DNA of 64,000 nucleotides from Eubacteriales bacterium (GCA_045543495.1 JAZQMO010000010.1:2240-66239), one strand, 5' to 3'. Shown: positions 49,900 to 60,069, counted from the stretch's first letter. Made by a program: numbers and translations. The notes: a model not told the origin generated them from the letters alone.

Positions 49900-50697
49900 A
49901 TGAAAATTGGTTTTATCGGAACCGGCAATATGGGTTCCGCCTTGGCAAAGGCAGTCAGAAGGGCCATGCAGGAGGCCGAGATCTGTCTTGCCGATTTCTG
50001 CACCGAAAAACGGGATGCCTTGGCAAAGGAGATCTCTGCCGAGGTGGGGGACAATCTTTCCCTTGTTGCCACCTGTGACTATGTCTTTTTGGGTGTCAAG
50101 CCTCAGGTTCTGCCTCAGCTTCTTTCCTCCATTGCCCCCGCCGTTCGGGAAAGAGGAAAGGATCTGACCTTGGTTTCCATGGCGGCAGGCGTCAGCATTG
50201 CCTCCGTTTTGGAGAAGCTGGAGGGAGCCTCCGTCATTCGCATTATGCCCAATACCCCCGTTTCCGTGGGGAAGGGCGTGGTGGTGTACTGCACCGCCAA
50301 TACCGCTCCCGAAAGAGAAGAGACCTTTGAAAAAATGCTCGCTCAGGCAGGCGTTGTGGAAAAGATCGGGGAAGATAAGATCGATGCGGCAAGCGCCCTT
50401 CACGGCTGCGGCCCCGCCTTCGTATATCTGTTTTTGGAGGCCTTGGCAGACGGTGCCGTTTTATGTGGCCTCTCCCGTGATCAGGCCCTCCGCTTTGCCG
50501 CCGCTACCATTGCGGGGGCAGGGGAAATGGCTCTGAAAAGCGGGGAGCATCCCGGCAAATTAAAGGATGCGGTCACAAGCCCCGGCGGAACCACCATTGA
50601 GGGGGTTCGTGCGCTGGAGGAGGCCGGCTTCCGCGGCGCCGCTATGGATGCGGTGGTAGCCGCCTACGAAAAAACCTTGGAATTGGGCAAAAAGTAA
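49900..50697 (+). CDS. proC: Pyrroline-5-carboxylate reductase
   Basis: GFIGTGNMG, VKPQ, RIMPNTP, VTSPGGTT. Confidence 0.97.
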   Translation: MKIGFIGTGNMGSALAKAVRRAMQEAEICLADFCTEKRDALAKEISAEVGDNLSLVATCDYVFLGVKPQVLPQLLSSIAPAVRERGKDLTLVSMAAGVSIASVLEKLEGASVIRIMPNTPVSVGKGVVVYCTANTAPEREETFEKMLAQAGVVEKIGEDKIDAASALHGCGPAFVYLFLEALADGAVLCGLSRDQALRFAAATIAGAGEMALKSGEHPGKLKDAVTSPGGTTIEGVRALEEAGFRGAAMDAVVAAYEKTLELGKK

Positions 50698-50700
50698 ACG

Positions 50701-50733
50701 AAAAAAAGAAGCAGTTTTTACTGCTTCTTTTTT
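50701..50733. terminator. Bidirectional terminator
   Basis: AAAAAAAGAAGCAGT-TTTT-ACTGCTTCTTTTTT. Confidence 0.85.
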
Positions 50734-50734
50734 C

Positions 50735-51901
50735 TCATTTTGTATATCCCAAATAACTGCTGGTAATGCCGTAGTAGGCCTCCATGGTGATCCAGTCTCC
50801 GTTGTTGTAGAGCGTTCTTGCCAGGTCCTCTCCCACATAGCGGAAATGCCAGGCCTCGTAAATATAGCCCGTTTCCTCGGTTTTTCCCTCGGGATAACGG
50901 AGAATAAAGCCGAAGCGGTGGGCGTTTTCATTGAGCCATTGGAATTTCTTGGCGTTCTCGGGAAGAGAGGCAAGGTAGGTGCTGGAGGTGATCAGATCCA
51001 TGGCAAGGCCGGTCTGATGCTCGCTGTGGCCGGGGCGTGCCGAGTAGGTCTCAGCCTCCTCCACCCCGTCACGGGCGGCGTAGCCACGGAAAATATAATC
51101 CTGATCGTACCAAGAGCGGTAGGCATTGTCCACCTTCAGGGTGATGCCCGCCTTTTTCGCCTCGGCGTTCATTTTGTTGTAAGCGGCCGTCGTCTCGGGG
51201 CTCATCCAAGAGGAGGTGTAGGTCTTGGGAAGGGAATAGCTCTTGTTGGCGATAATATGCCCGTCAATGGTGGCGATCCCGTCCTTCACGATCAGTTCAA
51301 AGCCGTTTCTGGTGGTGTAAACACCGTCCACCAATTTGCCGTTGTCGTCATAGGGAAGGGCGCGCACCGTCAAGGTCATGGTGCTGACAGCGCTGTTCCC
51401 CGCACGGTCGGCGGCACTCAGGGTCAATTTGTATTCTCCCGCCACATTGAAATCGTATTCCCCCGAAAGGGTCACCTGACAGGCCTCTCCCGTCTCATCC
51501 TTGGCGCTGACATTGGCCATAAGATCCGTGGTCTCACCCTTCATAACGGCGATCTGATCGGGGTGGGAGATCACGGGAGCGGTGTTGTCGTAAAACTCAA
51601 TGGTAAAGCTCTCCTCCACGATCCTTCCCAAACGGCTTTTGATCTTGATCTGAACCGTGCGGGTGCAGGCACTTTGGGCCTCAAAGCCCTCGTTTTCATT
51701 CACGAGAGTACCGTTTTTCACCTCCCGGATCAGATCCATCAGCTCCACTCTCTCCCCAACGGGGAAGCGAGTGTTCTCCGACAGAACCACCACGGGCTTT
51801 TGGAACAAAAACAGAGCCAGCCCCAAAAGGATCAGGAGAAAGAGGATGGAGAGGAGCGTTTGCACTCTTTTTTTTCGGATTCTCTTTCTTCTTGCATTCA
51901 T
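50735..51901 (-). CDS. Membrane-anchored M15B D-Ala-D-Ala/LD-carboxypeptidase with Ig-like stalk
   Basis: N-terminal TM, DNTAPVI/ADRAGN Ig-like domain, AYRS, SARPGHSEHQTGLAMD, YEAWHFRYVG. Confidence 0.88.
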   Translation of the reverse strand: MNARRKRIRKKRVQTLLSILFLLILLGLALFLFQKPVVVLSENTRFPVGERVELMDLIREVKNGTLVNENEGFEAQSACTRTVQIKIKSRLGRIVEESFTIEFYDNTAPVISHPDQIAVMKGETTDLMANVSAKDETGEACQVTLSGEYDFNVAGEYKLTLSAADRAGNSAVSTMTLTVRALPYDDNGKLVDGVYTTRNGFELIVKDGIATIDGHIIANKSYSLPKTYTSSWMSPETTAAYNKMNAEAKKAGITLKVDNAYRSWYDQDYIFRGYAARDGVEEAETYSARPGHSEHQTGLAMDLITSSTYLASLPENAKKFQWLNENAHRFGFILRYPEGKTEETGYIYEAWHFRYVGEDLARTLYNNGDWITMEAYYGITSSYLGYTK

Positions 51902-52896
51902 TTGTTTTTCACCATATAGTTCCAGCCGTCACGGCACATATCCTCAATGTTATACAGAGCCTTCCAGCCCAAGAGGCGCTCTGCCTTTTGGGTATCGGCC
52001 CAGCAGGAGGCAATGTCCCCCGCTCTTCTGGGAGCGATCTTATAGGGCACCTTCACCCCGCTTGCCTTCTCAAAGGCCGCAACCAATTCCAAAACGCTGG
52101 TGCCTTGGCTTGTGCCGAGGTTAATGGCTTCCACCCCTTGGTGCTCTATGGCCCATTCCAAGGCCTTCAGGTGGCCCTTAGCCAGATCCACTACGTGAAT
52201 GTAATCCCGCACTCCCGTTCCGTCGGGGGTGTCGTAATCGTTGCCGAATACGGAAAGACAGGGAAGGATCCCCGCCGCCACACGGGCAATGTAGGGGAAA
52301 AGATTGTTGGGAATGCCGCTGGGATTCTCTCCGATCAGTCCCGAGGGATGAGCGCCGATGGGATTGAAATACCGAAGGAGAGCCACGCTCCACTCCTGAT
52401 CGGAGGCGGCAAGGTCGGAAAGGATCTGCTCCAGCATACACTTGGTCCAGCCGTAGGGGTTGGTGCAGGAGGTGGGCATATCCTCTCGGAAGGGAGCGGT
52501 GTTGTTCATACCGTATACCGTAGCCGAGGAGGAAAAGACGATCCTTTTGCACCCGTGGGAGCGCATCACATCCAGTAAAACCAAGGTTCCGTTGATATTG
52601 TTCTCATAGTATTCCAAGGGCATCTGCACCGATTCGCCCACCGCCTTCAGTCCCGCAAAGTGGATCACGGCATCGATCCTGTGCTCGCGGAAAATGCGAT
52701 CCATTTCCTCTTTCGAGCGAATATCGGCTCGGTAAAAGGCAGGGCGAGTGCCGCTAATGGCCTGAATCTGATCTAAAACACTTTCCTTGGAATTGGAGAG
52801 GTTGTCTGCGATCACCACCTCGTGACCGCTGTTTTGCAATTCAACAACGGTGTGAGATCCGATGAATCCCACGCCGCCGGTAACCAGTATTTTCAT
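51898..52896 (-). CDS. galE: UDP-glucose 4-epimerase
   Basis: TGGVGFIGSH, FAGLKAVGES, SSSATVYG, YGWTK, GTGVRDYIHV. Confidence 0.97.
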   Translation of the reverse strand: MKILVTGGVGFIGSHTVVELQNSGHEVVIADNLSNSKESVLDQIQAISGTRPAFYRADIRSKEEMDRIFREHRIDAVIHFAGLKAVGESVQMPLEYYENNINGTLVLLDVMRSHGCKRIVFSSSATVYGMNNTAPFREDMPTSCTNPYGWTKCMLEQILSDLAASDQEWSVALLRYFNPIGAHPSGLIGENPSGIPNNLFPYIARVAAGILPCLSVFGNDYDTPDGTGVRDYIHVVDLAKGHLKALEWAIEHQGVEAINLGTSQGTSVLELVAAFEKASGVKVPYKIAPRRAGDIASCWADTQKAERLLGWKALYNIEDMCRDGWNYMVKNK

Positions 52897-52906
52897 TTCG
52901 TTCTCC

Positions 52907-54391
52907 TTAATTGTGGAAGAGCTTTTTGGTTTGATATTCGGGATCGCAGGTCAGGTTCATCCCCAGCTTGCGGAAGGTTCCCGCATCCACCTCTGTCAAG
53001 ATCACGGTGGAGTGCACCTCGCACCCTTTCAACAGGGGAAGCATATCAATGGCCTTCTTGGCATTCTCATCGTGAGCCGCCGCAATGGAAAGGGCGATCA
53101 GAACCTCGTTGGTGTGAAGTCTCGGGTTGTGGTTGCCGAGGTTTCGGATCTTCAATTCCTGTACCGGCTCAATGACCTCACGGGAGATCAGATCCACATC
53201 CTTGTGGATCCCCGCCAGCACCTTCACGGCATTCAGAATGAGAGCGGAGGAAGCCCCCAAAAGCTTTGAGGTCTTGCCCACCACGATCCGTCCGTCAGGC
53301 AATTCCAAAGCGGCGGCGGGTTGCCCCGTCTCCTCCTTTTTGGCCTGTGCGGCGGCAATGATGGTGCGATCCTCGGGAGCGATCTGCACCTGCGTCATCA
53401 AAAGCTTTAATTTGGAAATGGAGGAATCCACCGAGTGGCCCTTTCTCTTTTCGCAAAGAGCGGTGTAGTACCGTCTCAGGATCTCTTTTTTGGAGGCATC
53501 GCGGCAGGCCTGGTCGTCCACAATGCAGTCTCCCACCATATTGACCCCCATATCCGTGGGGGACTTGTAGGGGGAAGAGCCGTAGATCTTCTCAAACATG
53601 GCTCTTACCACGGGGAAGATCTCTACATCACGGTTGTAGTTGGTGGCCGCCTCGCCGTAGTGCTCCAAATGGAAGGGGTCCAGCATATTTACATCGTTCA
53701 GATCGGCCGTGGCCGCTTCATAGGCTAAATTTACGGGGTGGTTCAAGGGAAGATTCCAAATGGGGAAGGTCTCAAACTTGGCGTAGCCCGCCTTGATGTT
53801 TCTCAGGTTATCGTGGTAAAGCTGAGAGAGACAAACTGCCATTTTTCCGCTTCCGGGGCCGGGGGCCGTCACCACCACAAGGCTTTTTTCCGTCTCAATG
53901 GGATCGTTCTTGCCGTAGCCCTCGGGGCTGATCACCTTCTGAATATCCTCGGGGTAGCCCTCAATGGAATAGTGGCGGTATACACGGATCCCAAGGCTCT
54001 CCAGCTTCTCCTGAAATTTGATGGCAGAATTCTGTGCGGCAAAGCGGGTCAAAACCACGCTTCCCACATAAAGACCGCAGCCACGGAAGGCATCGATCAG
54101 GCGCAGGGTATCCTGATCATAGGTGATCCCCAGATCTCCTCTGACCTTGTTTTTTTCAATGTCGTAAGCGTTGATCACCAAAACGATCTCCGCCTCGTCC
54201 TTCAGCTGCATCAGCATACGGATCTTACTGTCCGGCTGAAAACCGGGCAGCACTCTTGCGGCGTGGAAATCGTCAAAGAGCTTTCCGCCGAATTCCAGAT
54301 AGAGCTTTCCGCCGAATTTTCCGATTCTTTCCTTGATCCTCTCCGATTGGAGCTTGAGATAACGGTCGTTATCAAATCCTATGTTTTGCAT
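52907..54391 (-). CDS. DUF1846 (UPF0371) family protein
   Basis: KLYLEFGGKLFDD, TAPGPGSGKMA, GYAKFETFPIWNLPL, SPTDMGVN. Confidence 0.88.
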   Translation of the reverse strand: MQNIGFDNDRYLKLQSERIKERIGKFGGKLYLEFGGKLFDDFHAARVLPGFQPDSKIRMLMQLKDEAEIVLVINAYDIEKNKVRGDLGITYDQDTLRLIDAFRGCGLYVGSVVLTRFAAQNSAIKFQEKLESLGIRVYRHYSIEGYPEDIQKVISPEGYGKNDPIETEKSLVVVTAPGPGSGKMAVCLSQLYHDNLRNIKAGYAKFETFPIWNLPLNHPVNLAYEAATADLNDVNMLDPFHLEHYGEAATNYNRDVEIFPVVRAMFEKIYGSSPYKSPTDMGVNMVGDCIVDDQACRDASKKEILRRYYTALCEKRKGHSVDSSISKLKLLMTQVQIAPEDRTIIAAAQAKKEETGQPAAALELPDGRIVVGKTSKLLGASSALILNAVKVLAGIHKDVDLISREVIEPVQELKIRNLGNHNPRLHTNEVLIALSIAAAHDENAKKAIDMLPLLKGCEVHSTVILTEVDAGTFRKLGMNLTCDPEYQTKKLFHN

Positions 54392-54546
54392 CCCGTTTTG
54401 AACCTGTCCCTTTTTTATATTCGCACATAATTATAGATATTATAATATAAAAAAACCGTGATTTCAACACCAAGCGCAAAAAAAGAAAAGAAAAAATGAA
54501 GAAAAAAGAGAGCGGCTTTGTGATCGCCCCCCTTTTGCCGCAAAGA

Positions 54547-54578
54547 AAAAAGCAACCGATTTTTTTCGGTTGCTTTTT
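54547..54578 (-). terminator. Terminator after the LDH/MDH gene
   Basis: AAAAAGCAACCGA-TTTTTT-TCGGTTGCTTTTT. Confidence 0.75.
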
Positions 54579-54593
54579 GGCTGGTTTTGCTTT

Positions 54594-55544
54594 TTACAGA
54601 CCCACGCTGTCCAGAGTGGCTCTGAGCACTCTTGCACTGTTTTGCAGATCCTTGAGCTCCTGCTCTTCCAGAGGGGGATCCACCTCACGGACAATGCCCA
54701 TGGGTCCCAGAACGCAGGGAAGGGAGAGGCAAACATCCTCCTTGATGCCGTAGCGGTTGTGGGCCATGGTGGAGACGGTCAGAACGGAATCGTTTCCGGA
54801 AAAGACGGATTTGGCAATGGTGGAAACACAGGTGGAAACGGCGTAGAAGGTGGCACCCTTGCGCTTGATGATCTCACCGCCCGCTTCTCTGACATCCTTT
54901 TCCACACCGCGCAGGAACACCTCGGTCTGCTCCTCGGTGTAATGCTTGATGCTGCGGCAGTATTCTTTGAAGTTCATACCGATGATACTGGTCACGCTCC
55001 AGGGGAAGGTGGAGGAATCGCCGTGCTCACCGAAGACGTAAGCGTGAATGTTCTTGGCGGAAACGGAAAGTCTTTGAGAAACCATGGAACGCAGACGGGA
55101 GGTATCCAGCATGGTTCCGCTTCCGATGATCTGGGAAGCGGGCAGACCCGAATACTTAATGAAAGCGTAGGTCAAAACGTCCACGGGGTTGCTGACCAGA
55201 ACGTATACCGCATTGGGGCAGTAGGATGCGATCTTGGGAGCGATCTCACGGATCAGATCCGTATTGATGCAGGCCAAATCCAAGCGGCTCTGACCGGGCT
55301 TACGGCCGATACCGGAGGTGACGATGACCATATCCGAGCCGGCGGCATCGGAATAATCCCCTGCATAAATATTCAAGGGGGTGGAGAAGGGAGCGCCGTG
55401 AATGATATCCATGGCCTCGCCCTCGGCTTTGGCACGGTTGATATCCAGCAAAACGATCTCGGAGGCAAGGCTTGCCTGAGACAGGGTGTATGCGACTGTG
55501 GCACCTACATTGCCGCAACCGAGAATGGTGATTTTCTTGCTCAT
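54594..55544 (-). CDS. L-lactate/malate dehydrogenase family enzyme
   Basis: GCGNVG, RKPGQSRLDL, SNPVD, GTMLDTSR, GEHGDS, KGATFY. Confidence 0.93.
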   Translation of the reverse strand: MSKKITILGCGNVGATVAYTLSQASLASEIVLLDINRAKAEGEAMDIIHGAPFSTPLNIYAGDYSDAAGSDMVIVTSGIGRKPGQSRLDLACINTDLIREIAPKIASYCPNAVYVLVSNPVDVLTYAFIKYSGLPASQIIGSGTMLDTSRLRSMVSQRLSVSAKNIHAYVFGEHGDSSTFPWSVTSIIGMNFKEYCRSIKHYTEEQTEVFLRGVEKDVREAGGEIIKRKGATFYAVSTCVSTIAKSVFSGNDSVLTVSTMAHNRYGIKEDVCLSLPCVLGPMGIVREVDPPLEEQELKDLQNSARVLRATLDSVGL

Positions 55545-55752
55545 TTTGGAATTCCTTTCTGATGCAAACGCTGTGCATTTTATATTGTTAACATTCTAAT
55601 GCAAATAGTTAAAAAAATCAAGCGAATAAGGGGTTTTCGGTAATGTTTATTCCAAATACGGGTATTTGGAAAAGTTATGGCACTTTTTCCCCTCTCCCAC
55701 GTTTTGACAAAAAAAGAGAGGGGAGCGTGGTAAGATTTTCTTGGAGGAAATC

Positions 55753-56553
55753 ATGGAGGAAATCATTTACATCGACCTTTATTTTGCTTGGAATTTCGTT
55801 TTGGATCTCGTTTCCCTTTTGGTGGGGCATCTTGCCTCCTCCCGTCGTCCCCATTTTTTTCGTCTTGTATTCGCCTCGGCTCTGGGGGCCTCCTTTTCGG
55901 TGGCAACGCTGTTTATCCCCCATCCCTTGCGGCTTTTTTCGGGCTGTGCGATCTTTTATCCCATGGTGCTCCTCTCCTGCGGCAGGGGCAGGGCAAGAGA
56001 GAAGCTTGTCGTGGGCTTTTTTACCTTTCTCACCGCTCTGTTTTTGGGCGGCGCCATGGAGTTTCTCACCTTTTACGTCGGAAGAGAAAAAGGGGGCGTC
56101 TCTCTGGGGATCCTTCTGGCGGCCGTCTTTTTGGCCTTGGGTGCCTGGAGCCTTTGGGGCAAGGCCTTGCGCAGAAGGCTGGATACCCTTGTGATCCCCC
56201 TGTCCATTTGTCATAAGGGAAAGCGGGAAGAGCTCTACGGCCTTGTGGATTCGGGGGCACTTCTTCGCTCTCCCGACGGGCGGGATGTGATCTTACTGAA
56301 GGCCCATGAGGCAGGGGGCCTTTTGACCCCGGAGGAATTGGATCGGATCCGATTCGGTCAGGGGGAGGGGCTTGTGTCCCTTCCCATCCGCACCGCCTCG
56401 GGAGAGGGCAATCTCTACGCCTTTCTCCCCACGGCCGTGTATTTTTATGAAAAAAAGAAAGTGAAGCAAAGCAATCAGGTTTTGGTGGCGCTGGATTTTT
56501 CCTGCGGTGCCTTCGGCGGCTGTCCCGTTTTGGTGCCTCTTTGCGCCCTGTAA
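55753..56553 (+). CDS. spoIIGA: Pro-sigmaE processing aspartic peptidase SpoIIGA
   Basis: IYIDLYF..NF..D N-terminus, ~5 TM, LVDSG motif, directly before sigE; ATG 55753 after GGAGG. Confidence 0.88.
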   Translation: MEEIIYIDLYFAWNFVLDLVSLLVGHLASSRRPHFFRLVFASALGASFSVATLFIPHPLRLFSGCAIFYPMVLLSCGRGRAREKLVVGFFTFLTALFLGGAMEFLTFYVGREKGGVSLGILLAAVFLALGAWSLWGKALRRRLDTLVIPLSICHKGKREELYGLVDSGALLRSPDGRDVILLKAHEAGGLLTPEELDRIRFGQGEGLVSLPIRTASGEGNLYAFLPTAVYFYEKKKVKQSNQVLVALDFSCGAFGGCPVLVPLCAL

Positions 56554-56562
56554 GGAGTTTGT

Positions 56563-57303
56563 ATGAAAAAAAGAAATTGGCTGTATCGTTTTTTTGTTTT
56601 GCCCCTTGTGAGGCTGTGGGATCTGTGGCGCTCCCGCAGGCTTTTTTATGAGGTCTATTATGTCAACGGGTCGGAGGAGCTCCCCCCGCCCTTGGGCGCC
56701 GAAAAGGAGAGGGAATGCATCGAGCAGATGGAGAGGGGAGAAAATGTTCTGATCTGCCGCAATCTTTTGGTGGAGCACAACCTACGGCTGGTGGTGTATC
56801 TTGCCAAAAAATTTGAAAGCTCGGGGGTGGGAATGGAGGATCTGATCTCCATTGGCACCATCGGTCTCATTAAGGGAGTCACAAGCTTTCGCTCCGAAAA
56901 AAACATCAAGCTTGCCACCTATGCCTCCAAGTGCATTGAAAATGAGATCTTAATGTTTCTGCGAAAGGCCGCCCGCACCCGTCAGGAGGTGAGTCTGGAG
57001 GAGCCCCTGAATACCGATTGGGACGGAAACGAGCTTTTGCTGTCCGATGTTTTGGGAAGCGACGGAGACGAGGTCCATCGGGAATTGGAAAAGCAGGAGG
57101 ATCGGCAAATGCTCCTTTCGGCCATCGAAAAGCTTTCCGAGCGGGATCGCAGGATCATTTGCGATCGCTTCGGCCTGTGCGGCGGTCGGGAAATGACCCA
57201 AAAGGAGGTGGCAGAGAAAATGGGGATCTCTCAATCCTATATTTCCCGTTTGGAAAAAAGAATCATCGCCAAATTAAAAAAGGAGATTTTGGCGAGCACT
57301 TAA
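56563..57303 (+). CDS. sigE: Sporulation sigma factor SigE (pro-form)
   Basis: Pro-sequence, [47 protein letters not shown]. Confidence 0.97.
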   Translation: MKKRNWLYRFFVLPLVRLWDLWRSRRLFYEVYYVNGSEELPPPLGAEKERECIEQMERGENVLICRNLLVEHNLRLVVYLAKKFESSGVGMEDLISIGTIGLIKGVTSFRSEKNIKLATYASKCIENEILMFLRKAARTRQEVSLEEPLNTDWDGNELLLSDVLGSDGDEVHRELEKQEDRQMLLSAIEKLSERDRRIICDRFGLCGGREMTQKEVAEKMGISQSYISRLEKRIIAKLKKEILAST

Positions 57304-57377
57304 AAATCTTCAAAACCCCTTTTTTTGTTTTCCTTCTTGTGGTATACTGATACAAAATATGTCGCAAGGAGTGTATT

Positions 57378-57893
57378 ATGGCCGTATATGACCGACTCAT
57401 TCCGGATCTGATTTGCGAGAAGGTAAGCCGGATCCCCTTTGACTCCTTTTTTGCCCAAGGGGTGAAAATGGTGGTGTTTGATATTGATAATACTCTGGTG
57501 TCCTATGAGACCCCCGAGCCCTCTGCGGCGCTCATTTCCTTTTTGAAGGACTTTGAAAAAAAAGGGATCCCCGTGGCGCTGGTGTCAAACAATTCTCCCG
57601 AGCGAGTGTCACGCTTTAATGAAACGTTGGGCTTTTTTACCGTGCCCGATGCCCACAAGCCTCTGCGGCGTGCCCTTGCCCCCATTTTTGAGAACTTCGG
57701 CGTTTTGCCCGAGGAGCTTTTATTGGTGGGGGATCAGCTGTTGACGGATGTGCTCTGCGCCAAGTCCTGGGGTGCCCGTGCAGCGGTGGTATCTCCCGTG
57801 AAGAAACGGGAAAATCTGTTTTTCCGCTTCAAAAGGCTTTTGGAAAAGCCCTTTGTGGCAATTTATTACCGCCGAGAAAGGAAGAAAAAATGA
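57378..57893 (+). CDS. yqeG: YqeG-family HAD IIIA phosphatase
   Basis: FDIDNTLV, VSNN, AHKP, VGDQLLTDV. Confidence 0.88.
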   Translation: MAVYDRLIPDLICEKVSRIPFDSFFAQGVKMVVFDIDNTLVSYETPEPSAALISFLKDFEKKGIPVALVSNNSPERVSRFNETLGFFTVPDAHKPLRRALAPIFENFGVLPEELLLVGDQLLTDVLCAKSWGARAAVVSPVKKRENLFFRFKRLLEKPFVAIYYRRERKKK

Positions 57894-58960
57894 TCACGCT
57901 CTCCCGTTTTTCGGCCACCCTTGAAAAGGGCGAGGCCGCTCTTTTCTTTTCCCGTGTTTCCCGTTATTACCTCACAGGCATTTCTTCCTCCGACGGCATC
58001 CTTTTGGTTACTTGCGAGGGCGGCAGCCTGTATTTGGATTCCCGCTATTATGAAATGGCCACCTTAAAGCAGAAGGAGGGCCTTTTGCCGGAAGGACTTG
58101 CGGTTTTTCCCTATCGCTTCTCGCAGGAAATGAAGGTTCTGACCGATTCCGGCAGAATCACCCGTGTTTTGTTTGAGGATCGCAGTCTTACCGTGGCGGA
58201 ATTGGAGTCTCTGAAAAGCCGCTTCCCCAAGGCGCAGTTTTCCCCTATGGGGCACCGTTTGGAGGAGGAGAGGGTAGTCAAGGGCCCCGAGGAGATCGGG
58301 CGCATCCGAGCCTCCCAAGCCTTGGCGGAGGAGGCTTACCGCTATATTCTTCCCCGCCTGAGTGTGGGCAGAAGCGAGCGGGAGATCGCTGCCGAGCTGG
58401 AATACTATATGAAGAAAAACGGAGCCGAGGGCCCCAGCTTTTCCACCATTTGCGTATCGGGCACCCGCTCCAGCCTGCCTCACGGCACCCCCACCGATGC
58501 AGTCTTGGAAAAAGGGGGATTCGTCACCCTTGATTTCGGCTGTATGTTGGACGGCTACGCCTCCGATATGACCCGTACCGTTTGCATCGGCAGGGCAAGC
58601 GAGGAAATGAAGAAGGTGTACGGCACCGTTCTCAAGGCACAGGAAGATGCCATTGCCGCCGTGCGGGCAAATGTTTCGGGCAAAACGGTGGACAGAGCGG
58701 CCCGAAGCGTTATTGAAACTGCGGGCTACGGCGAATATTTCGGCCACAGCACGGGCCACGGTCTGGGGCTTGAGGTTCACGAGGCTCCCTCCTTTTCTCC
58801 TTCCTTTGAGGGAAAAATCCCCGCGGGGGCCGTTTTGTCCGTGGAGCCGGGGATCTATCTGCCCGGCCGCTTCGGCGTTCGCATTGAGGATCTTGTGGTG
58901 GTGACCGAAGCGGGATGCGAAAATCTCAACCGCACGGGAAAAGAACTTTTGGAATTATAA
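57890..58960 (+). CDS. Xaa-Pro aminopeptidase (M24B)
   Basis: LPHG, DFGC..GYASDMTRT, HSTGHGLGLEVHE, EPGIY, GVRIED; upstream of efp. Confidence 0.92.
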   Translation: MITLSRFSATLEKGEAALFFSRVSRYYLTGISSSDGILLVTCEGGSLYLDSRYYEMATLKQKEGLLPEGLAVFPYRFSQEMKVLTDSGRITRVLFEDRSLTVAELESLKSRFPKAQFSPMGHRLEEERVVKGPEEIGRIRASQALAEEAYRYILPRLSVGRSEREIAAELEYYMKKNGAEGPSFSTICVSGTRSSLPHGTPTDAVLEKGGFVTLDFGCMLDGYASDMTRTVCIGRASEEMKKVYGTVLKAQEDAIAAVRANVSGKTVDRAARSVIETAGYGEYFGHSTGHGLGLEVHEAPSFSPSFEGKIPAGAVLSVEPGIYLPGRFGVRIEDLVVVTEAGCENLNRTGKELLEL

Positions 58961-58980
58961 ATGTTTTTTTTCAATATATC

Positions 58981-59009
58981 TTGCCAAATAAGGAAAAAAG
59001 TTGTATAAT
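58981..59009 (+). promoter_or_regulatory. SigA promoter of efp
   Basis: TTGCCA-17bp-TATAAT. Confidence 0.7.
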
Positions 59010-59050
59010 AAAGCGTAATTTCATTTTAATATGATATTTTGGAGGACATT

Positions 59051-59611
59051 ATGGCAATTACAGCAGGCGATTTCAGAAACGGCGTTACCTTTGAGATGGA
59101 TGGCGCTGCCATGCAGGTTATTGAATTCCAGCATGTTAAACCCGGTAAGGGCGCAGCTTTCGTTCGTACCAAGCTCAGAAATGTGATCACCGGTTCTGTT
59201 GTGGAAAAAACCTTTAACCCTACTGAAAAATTCACTCCCGCCTTTGTGGAGAGAAAAGACATGCAGTATTCCTATGACGATGGCGATCTGTACCACTTCA
59301 TGGATACCGAGACCTGGGAAGAGACCCTGGTAGGTCACGATCTGGTTGGTGACAACTTCAAGTTCGTGAAGGAGGAAATGATCTGCAAGGTTCTTTCCTT
59401 CAAGGGCAGTGTATTCGGCGTTGAGCCACCCATGTTCGTGGAGCTTGCCGTGACCCAGACCGATCCCGGCTTCAAGGGTGATACCGCTACCGGTGCATCC
59501 AAGCCCGCTACTCTGGAGACCGGCGCACAGATCAAGGTTCCCCTCTTTGTCAACGAGGGCGACGTTCTGAAGATCGATACCCGTACCGGCGAATATCTGG
59601 AAAGAGTATAA
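59051..59611 (+). CDS. efp: Elongation factor P
   Basis: [29 protein letters not shown]; ATG 59051 after GGAGG. Confidence 0.99.
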   Translation: MAITAGDFRNGVTFEMDGAAMQVIEFQHVKPGKGAAFVRTKLRNVITGSVVEKTFNPTEKFTPAFVERKDMQYSYDDGDLYHFMDTETWEETLVGHDLVGDNFKFVKEEMICKVLSFKGSVFGVEPPMFVELAVTQTDPGFKGDTATGASKPATLETGAQIKVPLFVNEGDVLKIDTRTGEYLERV

Positions 59612-59626
59612 TTAGGAGATAAGAAA

Positions 59627-60013
59627 ATGACGGTTACCGAAAAGGTTGCATATCTCAAGGGCCTTATGGAAGGCTTGGATTTTCAGGCAGATACCAAGGA
59701 AGGCAAGATCATCAAGCTGATGGCTGACATTCTGGAGGATCTGGCACTGGAGATCACCGAAACGCAGGATGATGTGGACGACATCAACGAATATCTGGAA
59801 GCGATGGACGAGGATCTGACCAATGTGGAGGAAGAGATCTTCGGCGACCTTCTGGAGGATGATGACGATTGCTGCTGCTGCGAGGATTGCGAAGAAGAGG
59901 ATTGCTACGAGGTAGAGTGCCCTCACTGCAAAGAGATCGTTTGCTTTGAGGAAGAGCCCGAGGGCGACAGCTTCCCCTGTCCCGCTTGCTCCAATCCCAT
60001 TCCCTTAGATTAA
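59627..60013 (+). CDS. CD1247-like acidic protein with zinc ribbon
   Basis: EKVAYLKGLMEG N-terminus, acidic coiled coil, CPHC...CPAC; follows efp. Confidence 0.8.
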   Translation: MTVTEKVAYLKGLMEGLDFQADTKEGKIIKLMADILEDLALEITETQDDVDDINEYLEAMDEDLTNVEEEIFGDLLEDDDDCCCCEDCEEEDCYEVECPHCKEIVCFEEEPEGDSFPCPACSNPIPLD

Positions 60014-60022
60014 GGACAAACG

Positions 60023-60052
60023 AAAGTCTCCGGCCCTGCCGGAGACTTTTTT
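60023..60052 (+). terminator. Terminator after the efp operon
   Basis: AAAGTCTCCGGC-CCT-GCCGGAGACTTTTTT. Confidence 0.85.
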
Positions 60053-60069
60053 CAGGGAAAGAGGAAAAA

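Noticed and set aside
50735-51901. VanY-like peptidase as a vancomycin-resistance gene
   Set aside because: No vanHAX or vanRS context; architecture fits a housekeeping cell-wall carboxypeptidase
55562-55578. ATGCA-AACGCTG-TGCAT palindrome upstream of the LDH/MDH gene as a cre/LacI operator
   Set aside because: Spacing is off-consensus by one base and there is only one instance; too weak to call
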